64,000 nt of DNA from a virus (Duplodnaviria > Heunggongvirae > Uroviricota > Caudoviricetes). The notes beneath the pieces are model-generated. The model searched no databases, was not told the DNA's origin, and saw nothing but the letters and a program-made list of their open reading frames with translations. Positions 48,170 to 57,949 of this stretch are shown piece by piece; position 1 is the stretch's first letter, and the number at the start of each line of letters is the position of its first letter. The position numbers and the translations under genes were made by a program. The stretch covers positions 135,353 to 199,352 of the IMG/VR virus record IMGVR_UViG_3300042549_004104. One strand, written 5' to 3'.

Positions 48170-49180
48170 ATGTCTAGTACTGTTCGCATTGTTTCAGGTT
48201 CTTATCGCAAAGCCCCTATCAAAGGTCAAGTTTTTACACTTGTTAAAGGTTATCAACTTGGTTCTAAGGGCGGCTTTGTTACTGTTAAAAATGAGGGACA
48301 ATTTCCCGGTCGTAGTGAAGAACTACGTATTCAAGTGGATAATCAACAAATGTTAGAATTTATTTCAGGTGACACATCTATAGTTAATGATGTTCAGGAA
48401 AACGAAACTGAACAACAAGCAATGGATCGCATTGCCGAGCGTTTCAGTGTTTTAGATGAAATGGCAAGTGCATGTATTCAAGGTAATATTCGTGCTATGA
48501 TTGTATCAGGTCCTCCTGGAGTTGGTAAAAGTCACGGTGTTACTATGCAAATGGAAAAAGCTAGTATGTTTGATAAAATTGCAGGCAAACGCCCTCGCTT
48601 TGAAATTGTCAAAGGTGCAATGTCAGGTATTGGTTTGTTTGCTACACTATACAAATATAGTGATAGTAAAAATGTATTGGTCTTTGATGATTGTGATGTG
48701 TGGGAAGACCAAGATGCACTCAACGTATTGAAAGGTGCATTGGACAGTGGTAAAACTCGTAGAATCAGTTGGAACAAAGATTCACGTATCTTACGTGAAG
48801 AAGGTGTACCTAACACTTTCAATTTCAACGGTTCTGTGATTTTCATTACCAACTTAAACTTCAATGACCGTCGTAGTGCTAAAATCAAGGCTCACTTGGA
48901 AGCATTGCAAAGTCGTTGTCACTATCTTGACCTGACTATCAACAGTGAACGTGACAAAATGTTGCGTATCAAACAGGTCAATCGTGATGCTGATGGTGGT
49001 TTGTTTACTGACTATGATTTTACTCAGGAACAGTCTGATGCTATCATATCATTCATGTGGGATAATCATAATAAATTGCGTGAAGTGTCCTTGCGTATGG
49101 CATTGAAGATTGCTGATTTGGTTAAAATCAGTGAAAACAATTGGCAAAATCTCGCTAAAGCGACATGTATGAAAGACTAA
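48170..49180 (+). CDS. AAA+ ATPase
   Basis: GPPGVGKS, VFDDCD, FITN, LQSRC. Confidence 0.85.
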   Translation: MSSTVRIVSGSYRKAPIKGQVFTLVKGYQLGSKGGFVTVKNEGQFPGRSEELRIQVDNQQMLEFISGDTSIVNDVQENETEQQAMDRIAERFSVLDEMASACIQGNIRAMIVSGPPGVGKSHGVTMQMEKASMFDKIAGKRPRFEIVKGAMSGIGLFATLYKYSDSKNVLVFDDCDVWEDQDALNVLKGALDSGKTRRISWNKDSRILREEGVPNTFNFNGSVIFITNLNFNDRRSAKIKAHLEALQSRCHYLDLTINSERDKMLRIKQVNRDADGGLFTDYDFTQEQSDAIISFMWDNHNKLREVSLRMALKIADLVKISENNWQNLAKATCMKD

Positions 49181-49302
49181 TAGTATACGCCGTGTGAAGG
49201 CAAGAGGGCAATATCAATAAGTCCCTCACCTAATTTGAGACTATGGTCTCTTTTTTTACCTCTATGGTTGACTGTTACCGAGCATAAGTATATAATAACT
49301 AA

Positions 49303-50346
49303 ATGATAAAAGTGACACCTACTACAAAAGAACAATTAATTTATTATCTTTTGCAAAACATAAATTTAGGAACCTATGACAAAAGATTTCTTGAAAATAT
49401 AACGGTAAGTTATGTTGACCTTAAAAAACCCTTGACCAGTAACCAAGCTAATTTACTAGATAAGGTAGCAGTAAGATATCACAGACAATTAGCAAAATTG
49501 GAAATGGACAGCACTAAATTAGTGAAACTACCATGGTCAATTCAACCAATTGAAAGTTTACCTCAGTATACTGAGGTTCATTTAGATTTGATTGATGACA
49601 CTCTTGTATTACGTTGTCCGTATAAAAAAGAATTTGTAACTCAATTTAAAAAGAATGAGATTGGTGCTCAATGGGATAGTGAATCTCGTTTCTGGTACGT
49701 GCAAGCCAGTACACATAATTTAAAAATAATTAACCAACAACTTATAAAGCACTATTCGCACATTAATTACTGTCAGCATTTAACTGATTTTTTTGATTCG
49801 CTTATTGAGTATAAAAATTGTAAATATTGGAATCCTACATACATGTATGTATCCTGTAACTTTATGATTGCATCAACAACTCAATGGTTAGATGAGGCAA
49901 TAAAGGATATAACATTTGATGATAGTTTATATACATTATCGCAACTTGTTCGACACGGTGTTGAAATTGATAAATCAGTTATTGATTTGTGCAATACTAA
50001 ATATGATCCCGTACTAGTAGATTTTGCAACTAAAACATATACTGAAACTGAGTTAAATGATTTAGATATTGTTTATAAATTAATAAATTCAGGAGTTGAT
50101 TATGTTCTTTTATATTACAAACTATCCAGAGGTAGTTTTGTAAAACAAATAGTGGATTGTTTGACAAAGAATAATATACACTATCATATACATGAACAAC
50201 ATGATATAATGGTAGTTCCTTCGAGTACATACAAAAACCCTGTTATTATAACTGATAGAAATGTGAGTGAACAAGAAAAAGAAATTACAAAAATGTTTGC
50301 AAAAATAATCAAAACAGTTAACTCAAAACCTATAAACATAAAATGA
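49303..50346 (+). CDS. Hypothetical protein
   Basis: 347 aa; promoter TTGACT-17-TATAAT at 49268-49296. Confidence 0.7.
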   Translation: MIKVTPTTKEQLIYYLLQNINLGTYDKRFLENITVSYVDLKKPLTSNQANLLDKVAVRYHRQLAKLEMDSTKLVKLPWSIQPIESLPQYTEVHLDLIDDTLVLRCPYKKEFVTQFKKNEIGAQWDSESRFWYVQASTHNLKIINQQLIKHYSHINYCQHLTDFFDSLIEYKNCKYWNPTYMYVSCNFMIASTTQWLDEAIKDITFDDSLYTLSQLVRHGVEIDKSVIDLCNTKYDPVLVDFATKTYTETELNDLDIVYKLINSGVDYVLLYYKLSRGSFVKQIVDCLTKNNIHYHIHEQHDIMVVPSSTYKNPVIITDRNVSEQEKEITKMFAKIIKTVNSKPINIK

Positions 50347-51800
50347 AACAATGTAAATTAATAATTAAAGATGAAGTCAATGTAAAAATTGAAGGACTTG
50401 AGTTATCCGAGCGTAAAGCCTTGATGAAGAAATTTGAGTATGAGAAGCCAGGTGCGAGGTATTTGCCAAGTGTCCGATTAGGTCGGTGGAATGGTAAAAT
50501 CAGTTTCTTTAGTCTAGGTGGTAGTAGCTATGTCAATCTATTACCTGAGATTCTTCCTGTACTTGACATGGCAGGATATGATATTGAGTTGGAAGACTTA
50601 CGTGAATACAGCACAACATTCACGTTCAATGAAATTAAAGAGGATACGTTCAGTCAATATACTTGGCCTAAAGGTCATCCTAAAGAGGGTGAGTCTGTAT
50701 TGTTCCGTGACTATCAGGTAAAGATTGTCAATGACTTTCTAGCAAACCCACAAGCATTGCAAGAAATTGCAACCGGCGCAGGCAAAACATTAATCACTGC
50801 CGCACTAAGTTATAGTGTGCAGAATTATGGTCGTAGTATTGTTATTGTTCCTAACAAGAGTTTAGTTGTACAAACAGAAGCAGATTATATTAACCTTGGA
50901 TTAGATGTTGGTGTATATTTCGGAGACAGAAAAGAGTTCGGTAAGACACATACGATTTGCACATGGCAAAGTCTTAACAATATGCTTAAGAAAACAAAAG
51001 CAGACGAAGCAGAAGTTCCCATTGGTGAGTTCTTAGAAGGTGTAGTATGTGTCATGGTTGACGAGGTTCACATGGCTAAGGCGGATGCACTTAAAGAGTT
51101 ATTGACAGGTGTCATGTCAAACATTCCGATTCGTTGGGGCTTGACTGGAACAATTCCTAAAGCAATTTTTGAAGCACAAGCAATCTATGTTAGTCTTGGC
51201 AATGTTATCAATAAACTAAGTGCAAGTGAGTTACAGGAACGAGGTGTACTTGCCCAATGTCATGTAAACATTGTACAATTACAAGATAGTGTAGAGTTTA
51301 GTAACTATCAAAGTGAGTTGAAACACTTGTTAGAAGATGCTAAAAGATTAGACACGATGGCTCAACTGATACTAAATATCAAGGAATCAGGAAATACCTT
51401 GGTTCTAGTTGACCGAGTCAACGCAGGAAAAGAATTAATAAGTAGATTGCCTGATGCGGTGTTTGTATCAGGCGGTACTAACATGACTGAACGAAAAGAG
51501 GAATACGATGAAATTGCCACCAGCACAAACAAAATCATTGTCGCAACTTACGGTGTGGCAGCGGTTGGTATTAACATACCACGAATATTCAACCTTGTTC
51601 TTATTGAACCTGGCAAGAGCTTTGTTAGAGTCATCCAAAGCATTGGTAGGGGTATTAGAAAAGCGGATGACAAGGATTTCGTCCAAATATGGGACCTCAC
51701 AAGCTCCTGCAAATTTGCCAAAAGACATTTAACTCAACGCAAGACTTTCTATAAAGAGGCTAATTACCCTTTCGCTATAGAAAAGTTGACATACAAGTAA
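50343..51800 (+). CDS. uvsW: UvsW SF2 DNA helicase
   Basis: RDYQ, ATGAGKT, VDEVH, GLTGT, QSIGRGIR. Confidence 0.93.
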   Translation: MKQCKLIIKDEVNVKIEGLELSERKALMKKFEYEKPGARYLPSVRLGRWNGKISFFSLGGSSYVNLLPEILPVLDMAGYDIELEDLREYSTTFTFNEIKEDTFSQYTWPKGHPKEGESVLFRDYQVKIVNDFLANPQALQEIATGAGKTLITAALSYSVQNYGRSIVIVPNKSLVVQTEADYINLGLDVGVYFGDRKEFGKTHTICTWQSLNNMLKKTKADEAEVPIGEFLEGVVCVMVDEVHMAKADALKELLTGVMSNIPIRWGLTGTIPKAIFEAQAIYVSLGNVINKLSASELQERGVLAQCHVNIVQLQDSVEFSNYQSELKHLLEDAKRLDTMAQLILNIKESGNTLVLVDRVNAGKELISRLPDAVFVSGGTNMTERKEEYDEIATSTNKIIVATYGVAAVGINIPRIFNLVLIEPGKSFVRVIQSIGRGIRKADDKDFVQIWDLTSSCKFAKRHLTQRKTFYKEANYPFAIEKLTYK

Positions 51801-51820
51801 GAAAGTGTTATAATAAAAAC

Positions 51821-52321
51821 ATGAGAATTTTGACATTAGATAACATTTACTTTAATTTAGAAACTTTACCGGATGAAATTGATGACTTGAGATTTGCTAT
51901 ACTTGATAACAGTAACCCAGCAAATGTAGACTATCATTATATTCCTCTAATATTTTTAGAAAGTTTTAACAGCCCTGCACTAGTATTACGTATTGGTGAT
52001 AGAACAATTAAAATGCCGGTAGACTGGCAAATATTGATTGGTGAACCAGAGGTAGGCGACTTAGAAACATTACCTTTAACAAGTATCAATGACAGGGGAT
52101 TTAAAGCATTTGAGTTCAATCCATTAAGTGCATTTAGACCTAGTTTCCCTGATATTGAGATAGTAGATATATACCATGATGTAACTTGGTATGCACCTAG
52201 ATTAAAGAATGGGCAATTTTTGTGTATTCCTATTGATGATGGTCCTAAACCAAGATGTGTATATTTTGTGAAGGAAATCAGTAGGAATTGTGAAATCGTT
52301 GATTACAATTTGTCTTGGTGA
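51821..52321 (+). CDS. Conserved beta-rich hypothetical protein
   Basis: 166 aa; promoter TTGACA-17-TATAAT at 51786-51814. Confidence 0.7.
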   Translation: MRILTLDNIYFNLETLPDEIDDLRFAILDNSNPANVDYHYIPLIFLESFNSPALVLRIGDRTIKMPVDWQILIGEPEVGDLETLPLTSINDRGFKAFEFNPLSAFRPSFPDIEIVDIYHDVTWYAPRLKNGQFLCIPIDDGPKPRCVYFVKEISRNCEIVDYNLSW

Positions 52322-52908
52322 TGGCAACAAAACCTAAAACATCCGCAGATGAAAAGTTTGAAAAACAAGACTTTGACTTGTTTGATGCACTTGCGGCATT
52401 AGACAAAAAAGATTACGGATACTTTGATAGATTGACAAGCGAACAACAGAAAAAGTTTGTTCCTTATATGATGACACATTGGATGAGTCAGGTCAAAGCC
52501 AATGGTGGTGTTCAAGAATATTATTTGCGTAGTGTAGATTATTATGCAAACCAACATTTGTTTAATGAAAATGTGCAAAAGCATCCTAAACTACAATGGT
52601 ATATGTTATGTGCGGCAAGCCCTAGTATGGGCAAACAATTTCATCAATGGGTTCCGCATCTATCAAATAAAATATCACAATTAAAAGAAGTTCCTAAAGA
52701 GAAAGATGTGGCGGAGTATTACGCTAAGATTTATCCTAAGTCAGATGACGCTACTAAAAGATTGGCAAGTGAATTTGTTGATTTACAAAAGACAAAGGTA
52801 TATCTAGCACAACAATATCCCGAATTAAAACATAGTGATATAGATTTATTAAGTCAGTTGGTAACCGACGAGGATATCCGTAAGTATGAAGAAGATAGAG
52901 GAAACTAA
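52321..52908 (+). CDS. Putative clamp-loader small subunit (gp62-like)
   Basis: FVPYMMTHWMS..N..HPKLQW..FHQW; replication context. Confidence 0.5.
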   Translation: MATKPKTSADEKFEKQDFDLFDALAALDKKDYGYFDRLTSEQQKKFVPYMMTHWMSQVKANGGVQEYYLRSVDYYANQHLFNENVQKHPKLQWYMLCAASPSMGKQFHQWVPHLSNKISQLKEVPKEKDVAEYYAKIYPKSDDATKRLASEFVDLQKTKVYLAQQYPELKHSDIDLLSQLVTDEDIRKYEEDRGN

Positions 52909-53584
52909 AACAGAATATGGTTGTGAGTTTTGCAACCGTAAGTTTGTGCGTGAAAAAACATTACTTACACATATTTGTGAGACAAAGAATCGTTGGCTAG
53001 ACAAAGATAAAATTAGCAATCGTTTAGGCTATCAAAGTTTTTTACAATTTTACACAAAGCACACTACTGCAAAGAAACCTAAACCATATGAAGATTTTAT
53101 CAAAAGTGCATACTATATTGCCTTTATCAAGTTTGGTAGTTTCTGTTCTAACGTCAACGTAGTTAATGTCAGTCGTTATGTAGATTGGTTATTGGGTGAG
53201 AATATCAAACTTGATAATTGGGCAACTGATAGTAACTATACTAAATTCCTTATTGAATATCTACGCAAAGAAGATCCATTCGATGCACTTGCTAGAAGTG
53301 TAACATACTGTGCTGAATTAGCAGAAAAAGATAACATTCAACCAAACGATGTTTTGCGATATGGAAACACTAATCGAATATGTTATGCTATAACAACGGG
53401 TAAAATAAGTCCATGGATGCTTTATTGTAGCAAGAGTGGTGTCCAATTCTTAGAGACATTAAATCCAGATCATGTTAGAATGATATCTGATTATATAAAT
53501 CCAGAACAATGGGCATTGAAGTTTCATCGTGAACCAGAACTTAAAGAACGAATTAAAGACACCCTTAAACAAGCAGGGTACTAA
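52886..53584 (+). CDS. Protein with N-terminal Zn-finger
   Basis: YGCEFCNRKF..LLTHIC; GKISPW. Confidence 0.65.
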   Translation: MKKIEETKTEYGCEFCNRKFVREKTLLTHICETKNRWLDKDKISNRLGYQSFLQFYTKHTTAKKPKPYEDFIKSAYYIAFIKFGSFCSNVNVVNVSRYVDWLLGENIKLDNWATDSNYTKFLIEYLRKEDPFDALARSVTYCAELAEKDNIQPNDVLRYGNTNRICYAITTGKISPWMLYCSKSGVQFLETLNPDHVRMISDYINPEQWALKFHREPELKERIKDTLKQAGY

Positions 53585-53768
53585 AATCACACTTTCATGG
53601 ACTAAGGGTCGTGATAGTATTCCTATATGGAATGAAATATGTGCATGGACTATTGAGAAGTTTGGACTACCGGGTGATAAGTTTACTTGGCATCCAACAG
53701 AAAACTATATGATATTTGATTTTGTGGATGAACGTGATGCTATTCATTTTATGTTGAGGTGGGGATGA
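53529..53768 (+). CDS. 'LRW' array protein 1
   Basis: WNEICAWTIEKFG..FDFVDERDAIHFMLRWG; start uncertain (GTG). Confidence 0.7.
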   Translation: MNQNLKNELKTPLNKQGTKITLSWTKGRDSIPIWNEICAWTIEKFGLPGDKFTWHPTENYMIFDFVDERDAIHFMLRWG

Positions 53769-54025
53769 CAATGCTACTAGAAGATAAAATAGCTGAATCA
53801 ATAGCTAAAGAAATAGCTAAAGAAATAGACGATGGTATCATGTCAGACATTTTAGTAAAGAATGGATGGACTTCCGTAGAATTTTTTTATAAAGATAACT
53901 ACCATGCAGTTGACGTAACTCATTGGTTGATGGAAAACTGTCCAGGTAAGTGGCGCAGATTAAATTCTTTCTATGTATTTGAAGATATAAGAGAAGCCGA
54001 ATGGTTTATACTGAGATGGCTATGA
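53759..54025 (+). CDS. 'LRW' array protein 2
   Basis: HWLMENCPGKW..FEDIREAEWFILRWL. Confidence 0.75.
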   Translation: MGMTMLLEDKIAESIAKEIAKEIDDGIMSDILVKNGWTSVEFFYKDNYHAVDVTHWLMENCPGKWRRLNSFYVFEDIREAEWFILRWL

Positions 54026-54327
54026 TTAAGAAAAGACAAATGACTAACAAGTTATATGGTTCCAATGGTGGCTGGGCGGCAAAGCGTAGTATAAATTATA
54101 GTGGTACAGAATATGTGTATGACATGCCTTATCATCAGATTGATCCTGTAATATCTCCGGATGAATGGAACAAAATGATTGCTTGGTGTGTATCTGTATT
54201 CGGACCCAGTGGTACACCGGGGGCGCCGGGTGTATGGACGCCGGGTGACAGGTGGTATGCTAACAATGCTAAGTTTTGGTTTAGAGAAAAAAAAGATTGC
54301 GAATGGTTTTTACTGAGATGGACCTAA
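54016..54327 (+). CDS. 'LRW' array protein 3
   Basis: MIAWCVSVFG..FWFREKKDCEWFLLRWT; ATG within upstream AGA-TGG. Confidence 0.75.
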   Translation: MAMIKKRQMTNKLYGSNGGWAAKRSINYSGTEYVYDMPYHQIDPVISPDEWNKMIAWCVSVFGPSGTPGAPGVWTPGDRWYANNAKFWFREKKDCEWFLLRWT

Positions 54328-54569
54328 ATAAATTTAAGTATCGCACTGAACAATATTTTGGTAGCAAAAAGAAAATTTGCACTGTAAGTTGGAAAGGTCA
54401 TGGAGAAGTTAACTCCGAAGAAATACGTGATTGGTGTATTCAAACCTTTGGTAAGAGTGGTTATCAGGAAGAAATCAATGATAGTTTATGGATTGACAAC
54501 ATAGAAAAAGATGAGATAATGCTATGTAGAGAAGAATACCTAACACTGTTTTTATTAAGATGGACCTGA
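54318..54569 (+). CDS. 'LRW' array protein 4
   Basis: IRDWCIQTFG..EEYLTLFLLRWT; ATG within upstream AGA-TGG. Confidence 0.75.
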   Translation: MDLNKFKYRTEQYFGSKKKICTVSWKGHGEVNSEEIRDWCIQTFGKSGYQEEINDSLWIDNIEKDEIMLCREEYLTLFLLRWT

Positions 54570-54823
54570 ACACAGAAGAAACATTCAATAAGACTTATGA
54601 CCGTTTAATGAGAACAGGACGTTCACATACGGTCTGGGTTACCGCAAACAGGATCACAGAGACACAACAGTGGTGTCGTGCAAATTTAGGTAAAAGATGG
54701 AGTTTTGATAATAGAAATGGTGTATGGGGATGTTTCTGGGGTGGGCCGGAAAGAAAGTCAGAATACAGATTCAACTTTGCCAGAGAAGAAGATAAAATTT
54801 GGTTTATTTTGAGATGGCTATAA
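54560..54823 (+). CDS. 'LRW' array protein 5
   Basis: QQWCRANLG..FNFAREEDKIWFILRWL; ATG within upstream AGA-TGG. Confidence 0.75.
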   Translation: MDLNTEETFNKTYDRLMRTGRSHTVWVTANRITETQQWCRANLGKRWSFDNRNGVWGCFWGGPERKSEYRFNFAREEDKIWFILRWL

Positions 54824-55035
54824 CTATAAAACTTAAACAAGGATTAAGTTCGAAAGAAGAACAATGGCTAGCAAAGAATGTTGGCCGTAGAATGCATTAC
54901 ATTCACAACAGTATTGGTGGAGAGGGTTGGATTGCTAAACAAACTTGGGACCCGGGTGTAAGTACAAAACACTGGACTCTTACATTTGAGAATGAAAGTT
55001 ATGCTAGTTTCTTTGTGATAATGTTCCCGCAATGA
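54814..55035 (+). CDS. 'LRW' array protein 6 (diverged)
   Basis: EQWLAKNVG..LTFENESYASFFVIMF; ATG within upstream AGA-TGG. Confidence 0.7.
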   Translation: MAITIKLKQGLSSKEEQWLAKNVGRRMHYIHNSIGGEGWIAKQTWDPGVSTKHWTLTFENESYASFFVIMFPQ

Positions 55036-55253
55036 TTGAAGTTAAAATGATTGGTATGTTGCCCGGACGAGCTATGGAAATAGTGCGTGAGTTACGTAGT
55101 ACCGGACATGTTCAAGGTATTGATTATGATTTTGAATATCATAAGCCCGAAAACAATGACTGGAGTGCTGGAGAAGAGTATAATGAACGATATACAATAT
55201 TTACATTCTATAAGGAATCATTAGCAACTTGGTTTGCACTGAAATATCAATAA
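55032..55253 (+). CDS. 'LRW' array protein 7 (diverged)
   Basis: FTFYKESLATWFALKY. Confidence 0.7.
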   Translation: MIEVKMIGMLPGRAMEIVRELRSTGHVQGIDYDFEYHKPENNDWSAGEEYNERYTIFTFYKESLATWFALKYQ

Positions 55254-55537
55254 TGGCAATAATGAAACCATCAGGTACATTCATACCCTTACCAATCAAT
55301 GAAGACCGAATAGAGTATGAGATATTTGACCGTACTTACATGAGTCGTGGTAACAGAAAATCATATGTATATGAATGTAAGAGTAAAAAAGAAGATCCAA
55401 GTGTAATTGTAAAATGGTGCAGACGTAATTTTGGTGAACGTGGTATGGGATGGGACTTTCTATTAACCTCAGGAAATGTTACACTTATAATCTGGGAAGA
55501 TAAATTTAAAACTATGTACGAAATGTGGAAAGTATAG
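55253..55537 (+). CDS. 'LRW' array protein 8 (diverged)
   Basis: VKWCRRNFGERGMGWDF..KTMYEMW; TAATG overlap. Confidence 0.7.
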   Translation: MAIMKPSGTFIPLPINEDRIEYEIFDRTYMSRGNRKSYVYECKSKKEDPSVIVKWCRRNFGERGMGWDFLLTSGNVTLIIWEDKFKTMYEMWKV

Positions 55538-55538
55538 T

Positions 55539-56096
55539 ATGGCAGATATAATGATTGATATTGAAAGCCTAGACACATCGCCTGATTGTGTTATACTTAC
55601 TATCGGTGTAGTATTGTTTGATCCTAAAGGTCAAGGTATTATTGAACGATTAGAACTAAGACCAACGATAGAAGATCAAACAGAACTTTATAACAGAGTT
55701 ATCAATGATGATACATTACGTTGGTGGGGAGAACAAAGTGAAGCCGCACAGGAAGAAGCATTAGGTGATAGAGATAGAGTATCATTTAAAGATTGTATGG
55801 ATACACTTTATAAATGGTGTTGGAAATATAATAATGGTCATGTGTGGAGCAACGGTGCTAGTTTTGACATTGTTGTAATGGAAAGTGCATGGCGAAACTT
55901 TAAACAATTGCCACCTTGGAGTTTCTGGAACATTAGAGATACTAGAACTATCTATGATATTACCGGTGTTAAACTTAAGTCAGGCGGACATGTCACTAGT
56001 CACAAAGCAGTTGAAGATGCTGAACGTCAAGCAATTGTTGTACAGCAAGCATATGTTAAATTAATAAAAGCAGGATTGGTAGAACCTAGAAAATGA
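55539..56096 (+). CDS. DEDDh 3'-5' exonuclease
   Basis: IMIDIESL, WSNGASFD, RDTRT, HKAVEDA. Confidence 0.88.
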   Translation: MADIMIDIESLDTSPDCVILTIGVVLFDPKGQGIIERLELRPTIEDQTELYNRVINDDTLRWWGEQSEAAQEEALGDRDRVSFKDCMDTLYKWCWKYNNGHVWSNGASFDIVVMESAWRNFKQLPPWSFWNIRDTRTIYDITGVKLKSGGHVTSHKAVEDAERQAIVVQQAYVKLIKAGLVEPRK

Positions 56097-56581
56097 AAAT
56101 TGGATTTAATTGCAGTAGTTTTGATTTGTTTCATGCAGGGCATGTAACAATGTTAAAGATGGAAAAAGAATTATGTGACTATTTGATAGTCGCATTACAA
56201 GTTGACCCTACAATTGACAGACCGGGTGCTAAAAACAAGCCATGTCAAAGCGTATATGAACGATACGTGCAATTGCAGGCATGTAAGTATGTGGATGAGA
56301 TTTTGGTCTACTCAACTGAATATGATTTATTACAAATGCTTATGACCCAAACTATTAATATTCGTTTCCTAAGTGAAGAATATCTCAATAGAGATTTCAC
56401 CGGAAAGAGATATTGTATTGACAATGGCATTGAATTGTATTATCATAAGAGACAACACAATTATAGTTCAAGTGAACTACGTAAACGAGTATATGAATTA
56501 GAAAAACAGAAAGATACAAGTGTAAACGGACCGGCTCAACATAGCCCAGAAATTATAGAAAGATACAAAGGACAGTTATGA
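56093..56581 (+). CDS. Cytidylyltransferase (TagD-like)
   Basis: SFDLFHAGH HxGH motif, YSSSELR. Confidence 0.9.
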   Translation: MKIGFNCSSFDLFHAGHVTMLKMEKELCDYLIVALQVDPTIDRPGAKNKPCQSVYERYVQLQACKYVDEILVYSTEYDLLQMLMTQTINIRFLSEEYLNRDFTGKRYCIDNGIELYYHKRQHNYSSSELRKRVYELEKQKDTSVNGPAQHSPEIIERYKGQL

Positions 56582-57366
56582 TTATATTAATAGGACATGG
56601 ATATATCGGTAAAGCGATAAAAAAAGAATTAGAAACACAAAATTTAGAACACGTTTGGATTAGACATAATGATCCTATACCAGCCGGTAAACGAGCAATT
56701 ATCAATGCTACTGGATTTACAGGAGTGCCTAACGTAGATGCTTGCGAGATTTATAAACAAGAAACAATTGATGGTAATGTGTTATATCCATTGTTCTTAG
56801 AACAAACAGAAAAATGTCCTATTGTACATATTTCTAGTGGCTGTGTATACACGGGTTATGAAAAGCATTATAGTGAATCTGATGAACCTAATTTCAATTT
56901 TAATAATGGTAGTTTCTATAGCGGTAGTAAAGCACTAGAACAAAAACTATTAGAACCCTATATGAATAAGAGTTATCTGTTGCGTATTCGTATGCCTTTT
57001 AGCGATGACCATGATCCTAAAAATCTATTCAGTAAGTTAGCACGTTATGAAAAACTAATTGACTATGAAAACAGTTTGAGTTATGTTCCTGATGTAGCTA
57101 AAGTTGCAGTAGAGTTTGCAAATAATCATAAAACAATTCCTAAAGGATTATACAATGTTTGTAATCCAGGTTCAACCACTACTAAACAATTAGCAGATAT
57201 GCTTGGTTTTGATAAAGAATGGTTTACTAAAGAAGAATTTATAAAAGCAGTAGTGGCACCTCGTAGCAACTGTGTATTAAACACTGTTAAATTGCAATCA
57301 ACATTTCCCATACAAAGTCTTGAATCTGCATTAAATAATTGCATTCCTAAATATAATGAAATTTAA
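56578..57366 (+). CDS. RmlD-like NAD-dependent sugar reductase/epimerase
   Basis: GHGYIG, GFTGVPNVDACE, HISSGC, YSGSK, LRIRMP. Confidence 0.85.
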   Translation: MIILIGHGYIGKAIKKELETQNLEHVWIRHNDPIPAGKRAIINATGFTGVPNVDACEIYKQETIDGNVLYPLFLEQTEKCPIVHISSGCVYTGYEKHYSESDEPNFNFNNGSFYSGSKALEQKLLEPYMNKSYLLRIRMPFSDDHDPKNLFSKLARYEKLIDYENSLSYVPDVAKVAVEFANNHKTIPKGLYNVCNPGSTTTKQLADMLGFDKEWFTKEEFIKAVVAPRSNCVLNTVKLQSTFPIQSLESALNNCIPKYNEI

Positions 57367-57949
57367 TTCAGACATTGACATTGATTTCGGGGACAGAGAA
57401 AAGATATTGCAACATATCAAATATATTCCCGCCTCTATGCGTAATGTCAAGCCTATTCGCAAACATGCAACAGGAATATATGTAACTGATATACCGTATG
57501 ATAGTATCAATGACATGGCTAATATTGATTATACTGAAGCAGAGAAGCGTGGATATCTTAAACTAGACTTTTTGAATGTGCATGTATATGACAAGGTGCG
57601 TGATGAAATGCACTTAATTGAATTGATGCGTGAACCTAATTGGGACAAACTAAAGGATAAACTGTTTGTAGAACAATTGATTCACGTTAGCAATCATTAT
57701 GCTAGTATGCAAAAGATGCCAGAACCAATTGACAGCATGACCAGATTAGCTATGTTCTTAGCAGTGATTCGTCCGGGAAAGAAGCATTTGATTGGACTAC
57801 CCTGGGTTGATGTTAATAAGACTGTTTGGGATAAGAATGATGACGGGTATAGTTTTAAGAAAAGTCACAGTCTTGCGTATGCACAACTAGTGGTAGTGCA
57901 TATGAATCTACTTGCAGAATCAGGGCATTCTCTTAACGAGGGTGATTGA
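57356..57949 (+). CDS. Miniature DnaE (Pol III alpha)-like protein
   Basis: SDIDIDF, KHATG, KLDFL, IRPG and YSFKKSHSLAY, collinear with DnaE, in 197 aa. Confidence 0.75.
   Translation: MKFNSDIDIDFGDREKILQHIKYIPASMRNVKPIRKHATGIYVTDIPYDSINDMANIDYTEAEKRGYLKLDFLNVHVYDKVRDEMHLIELMREPNWDKLKDKLFVEQLIHVSNHYASMQKMPEPIDSMTRLAMFLAVIRPGKKHLIGLPWVDVNKTVWDKNDDGYSFKKSHSLAYAQLVVVHMNLLAESGHSLNEGD

Noticed and set aside
51821-52321. Possible stand-alone Hint/intein-like fold
   Set aside because: Beta-rich impression only; no N-terminal Cys/Ser, TxxH or terminal HN motifs, so unsupported without a profile search.
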